A stretch of DNA of 52,335 bases, counting the filler, from Stramenopiles sp. TOSAG23-2 (Eukaryota): NCBI GenBank assembly GCA_900128395.1. It is 3 parts of 3 records of this genome, joined end to end, with 100 filler letters (N's around TTAATTAATTAA, not from the genome) between each part and the next. Parts side by side here need not be neighbours in the genome. Positions count along the whole stretch, not along the records: positions 17,516 to 34,905 come from LT649647.1; 2 more parts are not named here. The stretch is one strand, 5' to 3'. The notes under the pieces were generated by a model. That model was not told the DNA's origin, did not search any database, and worked only from the letters and a program-made list of their open reading frames with translations. Shown here piece by piece: positions 20,647-32,254 of this stretch; position 1 is the stretch's first letter; the number at the start of each line of letters is the position of its first letter. Made by a program: the position numbers and the translations under genes.

Positions 20647-21749
20647 ATGAAAAATAATACTATTGTTGTTTCCGAGAACAACGATATGAATGACAAAATT
20701 TTTACAGCATTTATGAATAGCCTTTTTGCTGGTTTGTCAACAGGTATTGGAGCGTTAATTATATTTTTTTTAAAAGATAGATCGCCTACATCCCCTGCGA
20801 TATCATTTTCATTAGGTCTTGCAGCAGGAGTTATGATAACTGTTAGTGTCTTTGATGTATATATACCCAACATGTTCAAAGCAACTAGTGCATTAATTAT
20901 GTTTAATTATACTTGTTTCCTATCCTTTGGCGTATGTGCTCAAATTTTATTGCAACAATATTTACCAGAACCTGAAATGATGCAAATAACAGCAAATAAT
21001 AATGATAATGACGATAGTATATTACCAAGTGTAGATCCAGTCTCACAAACTAAGTATCAGAAAGTACAACAGCGTCGAAAAAGGTTGGGTTTAATTCTTG
21101 CTATAACGCTTGCAGCTCATAATTTTCCGGAAGGATTAGCTGTTGCAATCTCTTCTTTAGAAAGTACAAAATTTGGCTTTATAATGACTTTAGTAATAGC
21201 AATGCATAATATTCCTGAAGGTATGTGTATTGCCGTACCAATTTTTGCAGCTACTGGAAGCCATTGGGAAGCGTTTAAAATGTCCATTTTAAGTGGTTTA
21301 ACTGAACCATTAGGTGCATTATTAGCATTGTATTTTTTACGTCCATTTATAAATGAAATAACGATTGTTTACACATTAATGTTTGTCAGTGGTGTTATGA
21401 TTTCCGTTAGTATTAATGAACTTTTGCCTGGTAAGTTGGTTGCAATATACTTCTTGCTATTGTATTTGCTATAAATTTATTAAGGAAAATAATCCAATTA
21501 ATAATTACATTAAAATCAATAGTACCTTCATGTGATCTTATTTCAATTTGTAAAGGTCTACTGCTTCCAGAATTACAATTTTTTCTAACATAAGTGAAAT
21601 TAATTTTATGATATTTTCTACTTCTTTCATTTGGTGCTTTGGTGGAGAAAGAAGCCCAAAAATGCAATCGTCCAAGTGCTATGTATAGTGGTATTTCTGC
21701 TGGCTCGATTATCATGATATTGACTATTATTTTGTCCGGTGGTTATTAA
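20647..21749 (+). CDS. ZIP-family (ZupT-like) zinc/iron transporter, probable intron 21431-21651
   Basis: AGLSTGIGA, LGLAAGVMITVS, TM4/TM5 signatures AHNFPEGLAV and AMHNIPEGMCIA, LSGLTEPLGA, GVMISVSINELLP. Donor G|GTAAGT at 21431. Splicing to 21652 gives EAQK...MYSGISAGSIIMILTIILSGGY-stop (last TM helix). The acceptor is an atypical AAG. Confidence 0.88.
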
Positions 21750-22404
21750 TAATTATGAAATATATTTTGCGATATTTATGAATCAAAATCACCGCACACG
21801 TTTCCGTAAATAAATATGTGTATGTAATCCAAAACTTAGTTTTCTCCAAGAGTAGACGAATATATGATACTGTATGTAAAAAAACAATTTATTTCTAAAT
21901 AGTATAGTCGTCTCGTGTTTTCAAATTTATAATTCCGTATTTTTAATAAGTAATAAGGACAGGGTGGAGTTTTTTAAGGTATTATAACACGGTCTCTATA
22001 AGAATCAATGTGATAGGCAAGCCAGCCAGCAAGGCTAAAAAAGACATTATGGAAGTACATACATACAAATAATAAACAATACTTGAATCATAGAACAAAA
22101 AGCATTTATGTTTGTACCAATACACATATTTTATACACACACACACATATTTTCTTTTGATTAAACGGGGGAGCATTATATCATATATATAAATTCCCTA
22201 ACACCACTATATGCAATTTCTAACTTTCCTTGACGTAACATATATAATCTCTGTGTCTTCTTTCGTTTTTTTATATTTTACATATATTATAATATATATA
22301 AAATATTTTTATCTCCTCGTTAAAATATACGAAGTGAGTGTTATTTTCTGTTTCATCATACTTGTTGTTTTCGTTATGTATCATATATGCCTAATGCATT
22401 TTTT

Positions 22405-23172
22405 TTAATTGCTTGGACCACTTGCACCACTAGTACCAAAAGATGCATCAGCTTCCATGTCTTTTTTCTCTTCTGCTTCTTTTTTTTGTGCTTCTACAAC
22501 TTGTTTAGCAACACCTTCATAACATTTACAACCAAGGCCAGCATTGACAGTACCTAAAACTGAATGTGCTTGCTTTTTACTTAAATCACATACGCATGCC
22601 ATGTTTGGGACGTTGCAATATTGATCTTTTAATACTTTTGCCAATACTTTTTTATCATCCCAAGACATAGTGCCTTCTGATTGACCTATCCAATATACCC
22701 TAAAACCAGGTGAACATTTATCCGTAAATTTGTTTGGATCTGTCAACAATTGTTCACGGCGTGCTGCAGTTACTTTAGCACTTTCGATTTTACTTTCTAA
22801 CTCATGAATTTTTTCTTTTTCAGTTAAATACTTTTCTTTTAATTGTATCTTATGTTTAATAGCTGCATCTGTTTCTGTACGTTCACGTTTTAAACGAATT
22901 TTTAATGCATTTTCTTCAATAGAACGTGCCATATTTAATCTGTCCAAAGCATGTTGTGCAAGTACTACTTTTCTTTCGATTGGTAGCATCTCGTCGAATG
23001 GCATTGGTTCACATCCATTGCATGCTTTTTTATTCCTTAACGGCACTTGCACTGGTGTATCAAAGTTGGTTCCTACGATAGCTACTTTTGGATCTAATGC
23101 TCCTTTTCTTAAATTACTAGCAGCAACAGATGTTGCCACGATGGCAATAAGTATGGTTTGTAACATATTCAT
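22405..23172 (-). CDS. Small secreted protein with coiled coil and Cys-rich C-terminal domain
   Basis: Signal-peptide-like MNMLQTILIAIVATSVAA, CNGC, central charged heptads, six Cys in the C-terminal region. Confidence 0.75.
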   Translation of the reverse strand: MNMLQTILIAIVATSVAASNLRKGALDPKVAIVGTNFDTPVQVPLRNKKACNGCEPMPFDEMLPIERKVVLAQHALDRLNMARSIEENALKIRLKRERTETDAAIKHKIQLKEKYLTEKEKIHELESKIESAKVTAARREQLLTDPNKFTDKCSPGFRVYWIGQSEGTMSWDDKKVLAKVLKDQYCNVPNMACVCDLSKKQAHSVLGTVNAGLGCKCYEGVAKQVVEAQKKEAEEKKDMEADASFGTSGASGPSN

Positions 23173-23958
23173 CTTTTTAAATGTTGTTTGACGGTATGTA
23201 TAACTATATATAATAATATCGAACAATTGTTATATTCTTCTTTTAGATGGTCTAGTATTACCTTTATGAACTAATAAATTGTTTTTTATATTGTATGTTC
23301 ATCAATTTTCCCCCTTTTTGATAAGTTTTTGCTATATGTTTTCCAGTTTTCCTTCATTTTTGATAACAGGTAAATAGCATGAAGCAGGGAATAGGATTGT
23401 TGAAGTATAATAAATAGTAGTGTATATACATGGAAAAAGTAATACTTTTATAGTGCTATATAGTACTAATATGCATTGGTGGTAGCACGGTAGCTAGCTC
23501 TAGCTCGCTAGCCGCTGTTTTAGTTTCGGACTGATACCAGAGTTAGTAATTAAGGTTAAAGTTGAATACGTACTATACACTTTAAATCTAATTTGTGTTA
23601 GTGTTGTACCTTACTTGGTATATGAAAAATCTTGCGACCAAGATTAGTAGTATGTACAGGTACACCTGGAAGAATTAAAAAATAATGGATACGTTTTTAT
23701 AAAAGAAAAAAAAGATTATTGTGGTAGTTTATAAAGAGAAAACAAACAATGAGAGAGAGATAAGGATAATAGACAAACGTAATGGCAAATTTTAATTTAA
23801 ATAATAGATTTTGTAATATTGAAATACCATACTTTTAAAAGAAGAAAGAAATTAATTGTTTTCTTTCTCTCTCTCTCCTTCTCTCTCTCTCGCACACACA
23901 CACACACACACACACACAACAATCTTGTATAAATGTAAAATAAAATAAATAAATAATC

Positions 23959-24816
23959 ATGGATGAACAAACAATAGAAATCAAACCTGTCACGAAAGAG
24001 ATGTTAGATGAGTATATTAATATACATAATAAATTATTACCTGTACAATATCCACAAAAGTGGTATGAGCAATTTTTTTCGGATGATAATCGAATCGCAT
24101 TAGCTGCTATTGACAATACAATTAATCTCGATGAAAATCAAAACTTACATAGTGAATTAATTGTAAATAATTGGTGCGTTCACTTGGTTAAAAATATACG
24201 GGTGAAAATTTGTACTATTCATGGAAATACAATAACAATAAAAGATCGATATGGCGAGCAAGAACAATGTGAAAGAAATGTATTAGCACCAATTAAATCA
24301 AGAATTATTGGATTTGCTAGTGGTAGAATAGATAAATACGATGCAACGAGTATTTGTGATTATTTATGTTGTCGACGTCATGAGGGTCAACGTGGATATA
24401 TCATGTCATTAGGATGTTTAAAATCTCATCGACGGCGTGGTATTGGTACATATATGTTAGATGCATTGATGAAAATATTATCAACTATTGGTTGTGATTC
24501 ATTTTCCTTACATTGTACAGTAAAAAATGCAGCTGCAATACAACTATATGAACGACACGGTTTTGAAACGGTTGGTTTTTTACGAGAATATTATCATTTT
24601 CATGGTAAATTTCATGATGCATATCATTTAGTTTTAGAAAATTCTATGGAGGAAAATAATAATAATAATAATAATGATAATAATATGAAAAAGAATACTA
24701 CTAATAATAGAAATAATAATCCCCAACAACAACAACATAATCTTAATAATAGAGGTGGGATGCAATTGGTGCCTACAAATGATGATGTTGATATACGATA
24801 TCGGAAAAATTCTTAA
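23959..24816 (+). CDS. GNAT N-acetyltransferase, NAA60/NAA50-like
   Basis: LLPVQYPQKWY, GYIMSLG, acetyl-CoA motif RRRGIG, LHCTVKNAAAIQLYERHGF, EYYHFHGKFHDAY. Confidence 0.85.
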   Translation: MDEQTIEIKPVTKEMLDEYINIHNKLLPVQYPQKWYEQFFSDDNRIALAAIDNTINLDENQNLHSELIVNNWCVHLVKNIRVKICTIHGNTITIKDRYGEQEQCERNVLAPIKSRIIGFASGRIDKYDATSICDYLCCRRHEGQRGYIMSLGCLKSHRRRGIGTYMLDALMKILSTIGCDSFSLHCTVKNAAAIQLYERHGFETVGFLREYYHFHGKFHDAYHLVLENSMEENNNNNNNDNNMKKNTTNNRNNNPQQQQHNLNNRGGMQLVPTNDDVDIRYRKNS

Positions 24817-24956
24817 ACAAAATGTATGTTGTATATATAGATATATAGTATTTAAATACGAAATGTACTGCTGAAATATTTCCTTTTTTTAGTGAAGCTA
24901 TTAAATACGTATCATATATATAATACAGATGTATCATCCATCTCTCTCTCTCTCTC

Positions 24957-27129
24957 TCATTCAGGTATAGTTCCAATATTGTTTCTTTTATTGTCTTTTC
25001 TACTACTACTATTAAGTTGTTTTGTTTGTTTTCTACCTTTCTTTTTGCTTTTTTTTGGTTCCCTTACATAACTTAAATCATATAATTCATCACGTTCATG
25101 TTCCACAAATTGTTCAATATATTGCAATAAACCATCAACTGGATAAAAATTATATTCTGTAGCTTGAAACTCCTCTGCCCGTTCTATAATACCAGCAACT
25201 TTGCATAATTTCATAACATTTATCTTTGTCTTTGTATCTTTATGTTCATCATCAATTAACGTTACATTACCATCTTCAATAAATGTTAAATCACTTAAAA
25301 ACATACCAACATGAGGTATAGCCGGTAAAATTGCTGAATTCAATGAATTGCGAAAATTCATAGAATTCTTTTGTGGTGCAAATAAAACAGAAAATACTTC
25401 GAACATCTCCACCAATGCATCATTTACAAGAGCCCATGTTTTTTTCAAACGAAATACGGGAGTGCTGTTTATACCACAAAATATACTATATAGACCACTG
25501 AAATTATTTATTTCATGGCATTCACCGGCAATTCGTAACCAATGTTCTAAAACACGTGCACGAGATTCGCATGTATGTGGTGATAACACTGCGTATGTTA
25601 CATGACCCGTCAATGCATTGAAACGATTCACTGCAGTACATATATTTGGTGCTAGAATCTCGCGGTTTTTATCACTGAATCGTTTTTCCAACCATTCAAA
25701 ATGTTCAATTTTTTTAAACGATGCAAAATCTGCCAATGTTATTTGTCTAGCAATTTCTTTTGGCGAGATATGATAAAATGCATTTAAACCATCATTACCA
25801 TGAAACAAAGTTGACACATCTCGAGAAATAAATAAGTCTAACGTGACACCACCCACCGGCAATATTCTTTCAGGACATTTTGCATTGTTGCTATTGAAAT
25901 TTTTCATTATATTTGTATTGCTTTCATTGCTATTAACGTTTAACAATGTATTTTTCCGCTCTAATGCTTGTTGTCTTATCGCTTCTTTTATTTCATTGTT
26001 ACTATAAAAACGATAAAATGCATATTGGTTGTCTTTAAAGATATGATCGTCAGTAACATGGCTTAACAAGCCGCAACGTAATAAATAATTTCCAAATAAA
26101 ACTGCTGTTTCTCTTTCTGAGCACATTTTCAATGTCTCTTCGCATAGAGCGTCTACAAAATCTTTACCAATAAAACAATTTTTGTACCATCTTAAACGAT
26201 ACTGTCTCCTTTTTGTTTTTACTAATTGCAAATCTTGTATCGCAACAGCAGTTCTTTTCAATTCCAATTGTGTAAAATCTGACATATCAGTAGAGGATTC
26301 TGCACGTTTCAACACTTCACTTAAAAAATTAATTGATTCTGTAAATTCAATTGAAGATAATTGGCGTTTGATATTATTGCTGTTCTCGCCATTATTATTA
26401 TTATTATTATCATTAGTATTATTATTACCATCATCATCATCACCATTGTCATTATTATTATTATTGTTATTATTTACATCGTATACTTTGACTAGGGATG
26501 CATCAGCAACTACTAATGCGTCTAACTTGGCTTTCAACGATCGTATCCAAGATATAACACCTTTTGGCTTTGTCAGTGAAATATATTGGAAAAAATCTTC
26601 AAAATGATCTCGTAATCTTATATCCATTGAAAAGTCTTCTTTGTAAAATCGTGTGATCCACAAACGTAAAAAACTTACGACATTTAAACGTATAATCATT
26701 TGCAATTTTTTTCTATTTTTAATTTCTAATTTACGTCTTTGTTTCTCCATACCAAGCCCATCACGTGGTAATTCAATAGGGTAAAAAAATCTATGAATTA
26801 AATGTTTCAGCAAAACCAAAGGTTCCATAAATGCACGATATGTTAATAAAAATGTATGTATAGCTGCTGGTGAACGCTTTCCAGTTTCAGAAGTTAAACT
26901 TTCGATCCATTTTAATGGTGTCATTGCCAAAATTCCACCATCATTGTCATATGTTAAAACATGCTTTTCTTCAATATTAGTAAAGTCATAATCATATTGA
27001 TTTTCTCTAGATTCTGGTCTTAATTCCACTATCCATGGGTATAAAGAATAGGCTTGATCTTCATATAATTCACGTAATGCAGTTGAACCATTGGAATCGC
27101 TCCTTTCTAATCGTACATTCATTTGGTTG

Positions 27130-27164
<35 letters not shown>

Positions 27165-27512
27165 TGTATCACATTCTCCTACTTGATTCTTTTTTACAAA
27201 ATTCTTACCATCCTTCCCTGTTGGACGTTGACCACGAGTATGAGCAGGCTTTGAGCGATGACGTGTTTCGACATGTGTGACTCTATCCAGTGCATCTAAC
27301 ATATAATGAACTGTAGTACTTGGTGTATCTTCTTCTAAAAAATTTATACTATAATTATTAAGACTTCTACTACGCCAAGCTTGTGCCAACTCAGTTAATG
27401 TACAAGTTTCCAATTTATTAATAAAATGTATAATTTCCCCTTTTGTTTTATTTTGTAAAAATGATATTGTATGTAGCGGCGTGCCTTTTTCTTCCTCCTG
27501 TTGATGATCCAT
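24957..27512 (-). CDS. Ras guanine-nucleotide exchange factor (REM - DEP - CDC25 domains)
   Basis: REM: FLLTYRAFMEP..LL..LI.RF and VVSFLRLWI...DF. DEP: RQYRLRWYKNCFIGKDFVD...HVTDDHIFKDNQYAFYRF. CDC25: EIARQITL, NRFN, RARVLEHW, NNFS, PVFRLKKTW, PAIPHVGMFLSDLTFIEDGN. First ATG at 27512. Confidence 0.92.
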
Positions 27513-28175
27513 TGAATCTCTTTCATTCACTCGATAGATATATATTATACATTTAATTGTCAATGAATGGTGACGTATTTATACTCGCATCAACTACTAA
27601 ATACTAATTGCGATATAACCTCGACTCGATATATATATAAAAGTTAGTCGTCTCTCGTCTAGTTACAGTTTTAGTATACTACCAGGTAATACCTGTATAA
27701 TAATAATAGCAAGTAAAAGTACGAGGAGAGACGACCAAGTTAGTAATGAACTTTCTCATAGTATAAGTATATAGATTATAGTAGTTAAAATTATATAGGA
27801 ATATGTATCAATGCTATCCTCATATACTAAAATATATAGGATAATACTCTTAAATAAAAAAAATGATTTTGGTATAGTTAGAATAGTGCTATAGTTTCTC
27901 TAGTAGTATAATAAAAAATAAAAAAGGTTTACAGCTTAGGTTAAGGTTTTTCGTTTTTCGGTGGCAAATCTAAATCTAAATCATGAGATGTAGATGATGT
28001 AATCATTCTAACCTAAAACTCTGTATTGAATATATATTGTATTAGCTGGTTAGGTGTAAATAATTGAAGAAAGAGAGAGAGAGAGAACATAACTCGTATT
28101 ACAATGATACATATATATATATATATATATATTTCATTACACAGAAGGAAGATATATAATATAAATAATTTTTCA

Positions 28176-29366
28176 ATGTCGCAACATAAGAAAAAGCCAC
28201 ATTTTCAGTTGGAAAAAGAATTTTTGGATACGCAAGAATTAAAAGGTGGACCATTGGAAGGTATTGTTGTTATTGACGTTTGTCGAGCAGTAGCCGGTCC
28301 AAATTGTACGAAATTGTTGTTGGACTTGGGATGCCGTGTTATTAAATGTGAAAATGTTGGAAGCGATTCATTACGACGTGATAGACCATACTATGCACAA
28401 ATGAACGGTGGAAAAGAATCTATCAAAATTGATTTTAAAAATGAAAATGATATGGCACTCTTTCATAGGTTAGTAGGTAAAGCTGATATATTAGTAGAAA
28501 ATTTCCGCCCAGGTGTGACCAAAAAATTAGGAATATCATATGAAGATCTACATGATGAATATCCACGATTAATATATGGTAGTGTGAGTGGATATGGACA
28601 ATCAGGCCCTGATAGCAAAAAGCCTGCTATGGATGTAATTATTCAAGCTTCTAGTGGATTAATGGCAATATCTGGATTTAATGATAAGCCACCAACTGGA
28701 CTTGGGGCTGTTCCAGCAGATATTTCTAGCGGAATAACTGCTGCATTAGGAATTGTTACTGCATTGTATGAAAGGGATAGGTCTGGCATTGGACGTCATG
28801 TTGATGTTGCAATGGCTGATGTTTGTTTGACAATGATGCCAAACTCCATACCAAGATATGCACGAACTGGTGATCCGATTGCTATTCAAAAACAAGGTGC
28901 AGCTGGACATTCTGTAGCTCCATTTGATGTTTTTAAATGCAAAGATGAATATCTAGCTTTGATTGGCTATCAACAACATCATTGGAAAATATGTAATAAA
29001 TTATTAGGAATTGAACATATAACAGAGGATCCTAGATTTATCGATAATAAGGCTAGGATTAGTAATGTACATTTATTAAAGGTGGAATGGGAAAAAGCAT
29101 TGGCGAGAAAAAATGTTGCTGAATGGATTGAAATTTTTGAGGCAAATGGCATTGCGTGTGGGCCAGTAAAAACAATTGATCAAGTCTTACAATCAAGACA
29201 ATTTCGTGAAAGAAAAATGTTTACAACAGTGAAAGATGAAGATGGAAAAGATAGCCTTGGATTTGGTTTGCCTATTAAAATAAGTGGATATAAGGATTCA
29301 CAAAAACGTAAAGGTGTCAGTTCTTTAGATGCGGATAGGGAAAGTATTATTCGTTCATTGTTGTAA
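28176..29366 (+). CDS. CoA-transferase family III (CaiB/BaiF) ending in PTS1-like SLL
   Basis: GPLEGIVVID, VAGP, LLDLGCRVIKCE, NGGKESI, ADILVENFRPG, SVSGYGQSGP, catalytic-Asp region ADISSG, ALYERDRSGIGRHVDVAM. ATG at 28176 preferred over the TA-repeat-derived upstream frame. Confidence 0.93.
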   Translation: MSQHKKKPHFQLEKEFLDTQELKGGPLEGIVVIDVCRAVAGPNCTKLLLDLGCRVIKCENVGSDSLRRDRPYYAQMNGGKESIKIDFKNENDMALFHRLVGKADILVENFRPGVTKKLGISYEDLHDEYPRLIYGSVSGYGQSGPDSKKPAMDVIIQASSGLMAISGFNDKPPTGLGAVPADISSGITAALGIVTALYERDRSGIGRHVDVAMADVCLTMMPNSIPRYARTGDPIAIQKQGAAGHSVAPFDVFKCKDEYLALIGYQQHHWKICNKLLGIEHITEDPRFIDNKARISNVHLLKVEWEKALARKNVAEWIEIFEANGIACGPVKTIDQVLQSRQFRERKMFTTVKDEDGKDSLGFGLPIKISGYKDSQKRKGVSSLDADRESIIRSLL

Positions 29367-29739
29367 ATTGTATCGTGTGTGTGTGTGTGTGTGTGTGTAA
29401 AAATTATTATTATTTTTTAAAAATATTTTAACCACTGTAAAAAATATATGATATATTTAATTACAACTTTTAATTTATATTAATAATATATAAAAACAAA
29501 ATATTCGTATTTTAATAACACTTACACCACACACAAGATATATATATATATATATATATATCATATCATAATATGCATATGTGATGTACCATCATAACAT
29601 ACTCATATCATATATACGTACTATTTTCGTATTATACTTCCGTGTGACACATTAATTATATATATATATATGATATATCCATCAATATATATATATATAT
29701 ATAAATTTTAACCATCACTATTTTTATAAATTTTTTGTT

Positions 29740-31494
29740 TTACAACTTGGCCAAAGAATTACATGTCATATTTTGTTTCAATTGTGCCTCTTTTGGCATT
29801 TTCCAACTACCATGGAAACCATACGGTAAATGTCGTTTAAGATCAATAGTACATATAGGGCCACTATTCATATCTTCTGCATCTAATAAAACTAAAAATG
29901 TCGTCTTTGCAACTGCATCGTATACAGCAGAAATTACCCATCCACGATCTTCTTTAAAACCATCTTTTTCATTTTTTTTCATATTTGGAATGAAAATTGG
30001 CTCTCCAACAAAGCGATGAAGCCCACATTGCCATTTACCATCAACACCATTTTCTATATCAACTTTCAAAATTTGATCAAATGGTGGTGCACCTTCACTA
30101 GTATATGATGCGCTTGCTGCATAAACGAATGATGGTTTTCCATTTTTTTGACCTTCCATCAATTGATTCACACTTAAAAAATCTACAGGTGTTGAATCTA
30201 ATAATATTTTTTGCTCCGTACATTCTTTTTGGGAAATTGAAAATTTAAATTTATACAAACATTCTTTTGCCGGTTTCGTGTTTTCCGGCGTTCTTCGTGG
30301 ATCAAATACGTTTGAATCCGATGCAAAGCCAAATTCATGTCCTAATGAATAAGAATCAAATGCACTTGTTACGACGGTTACCGAATCGCTATCATCTTCC
30401 TCATATGCAGTCGCATGGTGAAATGAAAATAAAGAATTCGATACAGGAATCATTACTGGTTTGCTTACTTTTGTATTGCTTTTACGTGGTATAAAGACTG
30501 CTTTCATTTTATTATCACTATTTTGTCCTAGTGCCTTCATTAACGGTTGGAAACCTAAACCAATTTTCAATATATTTGTCCATTGCAATGCAGCAGGATT
30601 TAACATTAAAACATAATAATTTGGGGTAAAAACAAAATCATGTATGAAATACATATCATCCGATGTAAACTTAGCCTCGTGTATTTTTTCAAACTTTTCA
30701 TTAAATTCATACATTGTATACTTTTGTACCACACCGCTATTATATGTATACGAAGCATTGCAACCAAGTAAATGATTACTAACTTGATCTACACGTGTAT
30801 GCGCTAAAAATTGAATCGATCCTTCTGGTATTTCCCCATTAAAAGTGAATGGTTCATCACTAATTGTTTCCAATGTATCTGGGTTCATAATATGTGGTGG
30901 GCCACCTTCCCATAATGCAAATAATTTATCTGAATATTCCAATACACAAGTGTTTGCTGGGCCACCACCTTGCATTTTTGAAAACACTGCATTTCGCAAC
31001 GCGCCTAAATCGTGTCCTGGGTATGGGTTACTTCCAATTCCACGATAAATCATACGCCCTGCTTCTGTCTCTTCCTTATATTCCGCTGTTTTCACATATT
31101 TACCTTTGTATTTCACATTTTCACCATTGAAAGTAAACTTACGGATGAAACCATGTCCATCAAAAGGATGTTTAGTTGTTCGCGTTCCATCTTTTGCTGT
31201 GAAATGTAATAATCCTGGTCCATTTAAATAGTAAGTACCTTGTAATTCTTTTGGTAATTTACCATCAACAATTTCTACTTCGATATCTTCCTTTTGTTCT
31301 TCCGCATTTGGCCCGGCAAATAATATTTGTGCATCTTTTATAGTGAATGGCCAATTTTCTGGTAATTCTGGTAACTGGTCTATCTCAAATTCCGTTCCAA
31401 CCGCTGACATGGAAGGACCAATTGGTATTTGTTGTGCTAATACGTACATTCCCGCTGCTGTTGTCGCAGCTACTGCAATATCTCTTGATGTCAT
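29740..31494 (-). CDS. Carotenoid oxygenase family protein (CCD/RPE65/lignostilbene dioxygenase) with C-terminal PTS1 AKL
   Basis: GKLPKELQGTYYLNGPG, HPFDGHG, ANT, LWEGGPP, four Fe-ligand His motifs (FLAHT, FIHDF, FHHATAYE, YGFHGSW), GEPIFIP. Ends NSLAKL. Confidence 0.93.
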   Translation of the reverse strand: MTSRDIAVAATTAAGMYVLAQQIPIGPSMSAVGTEFEIDQLPELPENWPFTIKDAQILFAGPNAEEQKEDIEVEIVDGKLPKELQGTYYLNGPGLLHFTAKDGTRTTKHPFDGHGFIRKFTFNGENVKYKGKYVKTAEYKEETEAGRMIYRGIGSNPYPGHDLGALRNAVFSKMQGGGPANTCVLEYSDKLFALWEGGPPHIMNPDTLETISDEPFTFNGEIPEGSIQFLAHTRVDQVSNHLLGCNASYTYNSGVVQKYTMYEFNEKFEKIHEAKFTSDDMYFIHDFVFTPNYYVLMLNPAALQWTNILKIGLGFQPLMKALGQNSDNKMKAVFIPRKSNTKVSKPVMIPVSNSLFSFHHATAYEEDDSDSVTVVTSAFDSYSLGHEFGFASDSNVFDPRRTPENTKPAKECLYKFKFSISQKECTEQKILLDSTPVDFLSVNQLMEGQKNGKPSFVYAASASYTSEGAPPFDQILKVDIENGVDGKWQCGLHRFVGEPIFIPNMKKNEKDGFKEDRGWVISAVYDAVAKTTFLVLLDAEDMNSGPICTIDLKRHLPYGFHGSWKMPKEAQLKQNMTCNSLAKL

Positions 31495-32254
31495 ATTGTT
31501 GTTATTTTTAAAGAAACAAAAGTTGATTCGTTGTTGGGTTTTTTTGTATAGTATAATATATATATATGTTATTGAGTTGTGTGTAAATTATAATTTATTT
31601 TATTTCTTAATAAATATATATATATAATAAATAGTATGCCTGGTATAATATGGTATGCACGTATGATGATTATGATATAATAATTGAGGACGACTAATAA
31701 TAAAATTCTGGTGAGACAGGCCCAGCCTGGCCCAGCAGGCCCAGCAGGCAAAGAGGAGAGCCGAGCGAGATTGAATTGTGGATAAATCGAATTCTTTTTG
31801 TGAAAATATTGTACCGGTATGTTCCTTGTTGTGATACGGTATGTGCGTATGTTGTGATGTTTTCATTATATAATACTGCCTGGCAGGGGGTTTTATAGTT
31901 TAAGGAAATCCCGGAACTGGAAGGGATGGCCGCACACTCGTTTGTTTTGGAATTTTACAAGTATAAAATACTATTAATACAAACTGGCAAACAATTCTAA
32001 CAATAGATTAAAACAAAATAAATATTTTGTTTATATTTGTTTTTTAAAAAAATTTAGAAATAAAATCTGTCCATTTTTTAGAATTTTTTATTCTTTTTTG
32101 ATACTCCTTAGCTATTATTTACGCTCTTCATTTTAGACACACTCTTAAATATTACGTATATAAGAAAGAATATGTTGGAAAATTTTTCTACACATGCAGG
32201 TTGTATGTGAAATGTATGTACTTCGTATTTCACATTAACTCAAAAAACAAGTTT

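Noticed and set aside
23860-23918. (CT)n/(CA)n, (GT)n and (TA)n microsatellites and poly-Asn codon runs as a special system
   Set aside because: They are pervasive across the window and expected from slippage in an AT-rich protist genome.
28176-29366. CoA-transferase as the DMSP lyase DddD
   Set aside because: DddD is a tandem double CaiB-domain protein about twice this length. This is a single-domain member whose substrate cannot be assigned from sequence.
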